From Malacoraja senta (lineage: Eukaryota), in assembly GCA_038087875.1 (NCBI GenBank), contig JAXLNO010000123.1, forward strand, positions 1-61,362: a stretch of DNA of 61,362 nt, in the 5' to 3' direction. Of the stretch, positions 56,528 through 61,362 are shown piece by piece (position 1 is the first letter of the stretch; each line of letters begins with the position of its first letter). Below the pieces are notes generated by a model. It had not been told where the DNA came from and did not search any database. It worked only from the letters and a program-made list of their open reading frames with translations. The position numbers and the translations under genes are program-made.

Positions 56528-58653
56528 CAGGAGGATCGGGCCTGGGAACTTGATATTCAGGGTTATACATCCTATAGAAAGGACAGGCAGGTGGGCAGAG
56601 GAGGGGGATAGCTCTGCTGGTGAGGGAAAGAATTCAGTCCCTTGCGAGGGAAGACATAGGGACTGACAAGGTAGAGTCACTGTGGATTGAGTTGAGGAAT
56701 TGTAAAGGCAAGAAGACACTAATTGGTGTTATTTACAGACCCCAAATAGTAGCCCGGATGTAGGGTGTAAGTTGCAGCAGGAGTTAAAACTGGCATGTAA
56801 CAAAGGTAATGCCACTGTGGTGATGGGGGGATTTCAATATGCAGGTAGACTGGGAAAATCAGGTTGGTTCAGGACCCCAAGAAAGAGAGTTTGTAGAATG
56901 CCTCCCGGATGGATTCTTAAAGCAGCTTGTAATGGAACCGACCAGAGAAAAGGCAATTCTGGATTTAGTGTTGTCCAATGAACCAGATATGATAAGAGAA
57001 GTCGAGGTAAAGGAACCGCTTGGAGGTAGTGATCATAATATGATTAGTTTTAATCTGCAATTGAGAAGGAGAAGGTTAAATCGGAAGTGTCAGTGATGCA
57101 GTTGAACAAAGGGGACTATGAAGGCATGAGAGGGGAGCTGGCCAAAGTAGACTGGAAAGGGATCCTAGCAGGAATGACGGTGGAACAGCAATGGCAGAAT
57201 TTCTGGCATAATCCGAAGACACAGGATAATTTCATTCCAAAAAGGAAGAAAGATTCTAAGGGGAGTAGGAGGCAACCGTGGCTGACAAGAGAAGTTAGGG
57301 ATAGAATAAAACTAAAAGAAAAGATGTATAACACAGCAAAGAGTAGCCGGAAGCCAGAGGATTGGGAACCTTTTATAGGACAACAGAAGGAAACAAAACG
57401 GGCAATACGGGCTGAAAAGATGAAGTACGAAGGGAAGCAGGCCAGGAATATAAAGGACAGTAAAAGCTTCTTTAGATATGTTAAGGGAAAAAGAGTAGCA
57501 AAGTCAAATGTGGGTCCCTTGAAGGCAGACACGGGTGAAATTATTATGGGCAACAAGGAAATGGCAGAAGAGTTGAATAGGTACTTCGGATCTGTCTTCA
57601 CTAAGGAAGACACAAACAATCTCCCAGATGTACTGGAGGACAGAGGATCTAAGGGGGTAGAGGAACTGAAAGAAATTGTCATTAGGCGAGAAATAGTATT
57701 GGGTAGGCTGATGGGACTGAAGGATTATAAATCCCCTGGACCTGATGGTCTGCATCCCAGGGTCATCAGGGAGGTGGCTCTAGAATAGTGGACGCATTGG
57801 TGATCATTTTCCAATGTTCAATAGATTAAGGAACAGTTCCTGTGGATTGGAGGATAGCTAATGTTATCCCACTTTTCAAGAAAGGAGCGGGAGAGAAAAC
57901 GGGGAATTACAGACCGGTTAGCCTGACTTTGGTGGTGGGAAAGATGCTGGAGTCAATTATTAAAGAGGTAATAATGGGGCATTTGGATAGCAGTAAAAGG
58001 ATTAGTCCAAGTCAACATGGATTTATGAAAGGAAAATCATGCTTGACCAATCTTCTGGAATTGTTTGAGGATGTGACAAGTAAAATGGATGAAGGGGAGC
58101 CAGTGGATGTAGTGTATCTTGGACTTTCACAAAAGCCTTTGATAAGGCCCGCACGCAAGACTGGTGACTAAAATTAGAGCACATGGTATTGGGGATAGGG
58201 TGTTGACATGGATAGAAATTGGTTGGCAGACAGGAACAAAGAGTAGGAGTGAACGGGTCCTTTTCAGAATGGCAGGCAGTGGCGAGTGGAGTGCCGCAAG
58301 GCTCGGTGTTGGGGCCGCAACTGTTTACCATATATATTAATGATTTGGAAGAGGGAATTAGGAGCAACACTAGCAAGTTGGGTGGCAGTGTGAACTGTGA
58401 TGAGGATGTTAGGAGGTTGCAGGGTGACCTGGACAGGTTGAGTGAGTGGGCAGATGCGTGGCAGATGCAGTATAATATAGATAAATGTGAGGTTATTCAC
58501 TTTGGCGGCAAAAACAAGGGGGCAGATTATTATTCTCAATGGGGTTAGGTTAGGTAAGGCGGGAATTACAGCGAGACCTGGGTGTCCTTGTACACCGGTC
58601 ACTGAAAGTTGGCGTGCAGGTACAGCAGGCAGTGAAGAAAGCTAATGGAATGT

Positions 58654-60919
58654 AGATAAAAATGCTGGAGAAACTCAGCGGGTGCAGCAGCATCTATGGT
58701 GCGAAGGAATAGGCAACGTTTCAGGCCGAAACCCTTCTTCAGATGGATGTAGGATGGGGGGGGGGGGAGTGGTGGGAGAAGAAAGGAGAAAGGAAGAGGA
58801 GGAGCCCGAGGGCTTGAGCGAGAGCTGAGAAGGGGAGGAGACAGCAAGGGCTACCGGATATTGGAGAAGTCAATGTTCATAGCCACTAGGGTGCAAACTG
58901 CCCAAGCGGAATATGAGGTGTTGCTCCTCCAATTTCCAGTGGGCCTCACTCTGGCCATGGAGGGGCCCAGGACAGAAAGGTCAGATTCGGATTGGGAGGG
59001 GGAGTTGAAGTGCTGAGCCACCGGGAGATCAGGTTGGTTATTGCGGACCGAGCGGAGGTGTTGGGCGAAACGATCGCCAAGCCTACGCTTGGTCTCACCA
59101 ATGTAGATCAGCTGACATCTAGAGCAGCGGATGCAATAGATGAGGTTGGAGGAGATGCACCTGGAACGACTACTTGGGTCCTTGGATGGAGTCGAGGGGG
59201 GAAGTGAAGGGACAAGTGTTGCATCTCTTGCGGTTGCAGGGGAAAGTGCCCGGGGAGGGGGTGGTGCGGAAGGGAAGAATAGACCAGGGAGTTACGGAGG
59301 GAACGGTCTCTGCGGAAAGCAGACAGGGGGTGATGGGAAGATGTGGCCAGTGGTGGGGTCATGTTGGAGGTGGCGAAAATGTCGGAGGACTATTTGTTGT
59401 ATGTGACGGCTAGTGGGGTGAAAGTTGAGGACTAGGGGGACTCTGCCCTTGTTACGAGTGGGGGGATGGGGAGAGAGAGAAGTGTTACGGGGTATTGAAG
59501 GTATGGTGAGAGCCTCATATAGTAGGGGAGGGAACCCCCGTTCCCTGAAGAATGAGGACATCTCCGATGCCCTGGTGTGGAACACCTCATCCTGGAGCAG
59601 ATGCGGCGTAGACGGAGGAATTGGGAATAGGGAATGGAGTCGTTACAGGAAGCAGGGTGGAAAGAAGTGTAGTCTAGATAGCCATAGGGAGTCAGTGGGT
59701 TTGTAGTGGATGTCGGTCAAAAGTCTATCACCTGCGATGTGAGATAGTGAGGTCACGAAATGGTAGGGAAGTGTCGGAAATGGTCCAGGTGTATTTGAGT
59801 GCCAGATGGAAGTTAGTGGTGAAATGGATGAAGTCAGTGTGGGTGCAGGAGGTAACACCAATGCAGTCGTCGATGTAGCGGAGGTAGAGGTCGGGGATGG
59901 GGCCCTGGTAACGTATCGAACAAGGATTGTTCGACGTACCCTACAAAGAGGCAAGCGTTGCTGGGGCCCATGCGCGTGCCCATAGCTACGCCTTGTATTT
60001 GGAGGAAATGGGAGGAGTCAAACGAGAAGTTATTAAGGGTAAGGACCAGCTCCGCTAGGCGGAGGAGTGTATCTGTAGACGGGGATTGGTTGGTTCTCCG
60101 GTCGAGGAAGAACCGGAGGGCTTTGAGACCATCCTGGTGGGGGTTGGAGTTGTAGAGTGACTGGACATCCATGGTGAAGATGAGGGGATGGGGGCCTAGA
60201 GAATGGAATGCCCGGAGATGACGGAGAGTGTTTGAGGTGTCTTGAACATAGGTAGGGAGGGATTTAACCAGGGGATAGGATGGAGTCGAGGTATGTGGAA
60301 ATAAGTTCGGTGGGGCACGAACAGGCAGAGACAATGGGTCTACCAGGACAGTCAGGTTTGTGGATTTTGGGGAGAAGGTAAAATCGGGCCGTGCGGGGCT
60401 GGGGAACGATGAGGTTGGAGGCTCGGGGGGGGGGGGGGGGCAAGGAGTCGAGTTGATGAAGTCGGTGATGGTGCTGGAGATGGTGGCCTGGTGCTCGTCA
60501 GTGGGGTCATGGTCCAGGGGTAAGTAGGAGGAGGTGTCCGAGAGTTGGCGCGTGGCCTCAGCTTTGTAGAGATCGACGCGCCAGACTACCACGGCACCTC
60601 CCTTGTCGGTGGGTTTGATCAGCCTGTCTGGTTGTTGCGGAGTGAGTCGATGGCTGTACGTTCAGGGGGGGAGAGGTTAGAGTGAGACAGGGGAGTGAGA
60701 GAAGTTGAGGGGGTTGATGTCCCGCTGGCAGTTTTGAATAAAATGGTCATAAAGCCGGAAGGCCATGAGGGGGGGGGGTGGGGTCCAAGAGGAGGGGGTC
60801 CGTTGGAGACGGGATAAGGGATCAACAATAGGGGGCGAGGACTCCTTCCCATGGAAGAACGCAGTGAGGCGGAGGCGACGGTAGAAGAGCTCCAAGTCTG
60901 GTGGGCGCGGAACTCATTG
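58654..60919 (-). mobile_element. Penelope-like retroelement (RT + GIY-YIG + 3' end)
   Basis: MDVQSLY, GVAMGTRMGP, LVLTLNNFSF, GIY-YIG region; 14-bp TSD agctaatggaatgt (58640-58653, 60920-60933). Confidence 0.92.
58715..58742 (-). ncRNA. Minimal hammerhead ribozyme core in a Penelope 3' end
   Basis: Minus strand: CTGAAGA-A-GGGT(ttcg)GCCT-GAAA-CGTT. Confidence 0.6.
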
Positions 60920-61362
60920 AGCTAATGGAATGTTGGCCTTCATAACAAGAGGATTTCAGTATAGGAGTAAAGAGGTTCTTCTGCAGTTGTATAGGGCTCT
61001 GGTGAGACCACATCTGGAGTATTGGGTACAGTTTTGGTCTCCTAATTTGAGGAAGGACATCCTTGTGATTGAGGCAGTGCAGCGTAGGTTCACAAAATTG
61101 ATCCCCTGGGATGGGCGGGACTGTCATATGAGGAAAGATTGAAAAGACTAGGCTTATATTCACTGGAGTTTAGAAGGATGAGGGATTATCTTATAGAAAC
61201 TTATAAATTATAAAAGGACCTGGACAAGCTAGATGTAGGAAAAATGTTCCCAATGTTGGGCGAGTCCAGAACCAGGGGCCACAGTCTTAGAATAAAGGGG
61301 AGGCCATTTAAGACTGAGGTGAGAAGAAACTTTTTCACCCAGAGAGTTGTGAATTTGTGGAA

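Larger units (their letters stand above)
56528..61362 (+). mobile_element. CR1 ORF2 with many indels, interrupted by Penelope; continues past the window end
   Basis: Colinear EN, linker and RT fragments. Confidence 0.9.

Overview
This is vertebrate nuclear DNA. The repeat content points to a cartilaginous fish, probably a skate or ray (inference from HE1/V-SINE-like SINEs and these CR1 and Penelope families). Most of the window is nested transposable elements: several CR1 subfamilies, Rex1/Babar LINEs (one with an intact 915-aa ORF), L2, L1, two HERO/R2-like RLE retrotransposons, young and old Penelope-like elements with minimal hammerhead-ribozyme cores, and an internally deleted BEL/Pao LTR element with a CCA-tailed tRNA-Asp copy in its 3' UTR. 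DNA transposons include a hAT with a perfect 8-bp TSD enclosing ~4 kb of cargo, a fragmented Harbinger and a Helitron-like repeat with 48-bp arrays. There is a ~5-kb tandem segmental duplication (39.5-51.4 kb) and two other local duplications. I could not identify any intact host gene; there are only weak pseudo-exon candidates in the first 5 kb. Family names come from motif recognition, not database searches, and boundaries of old fragments are approximate.
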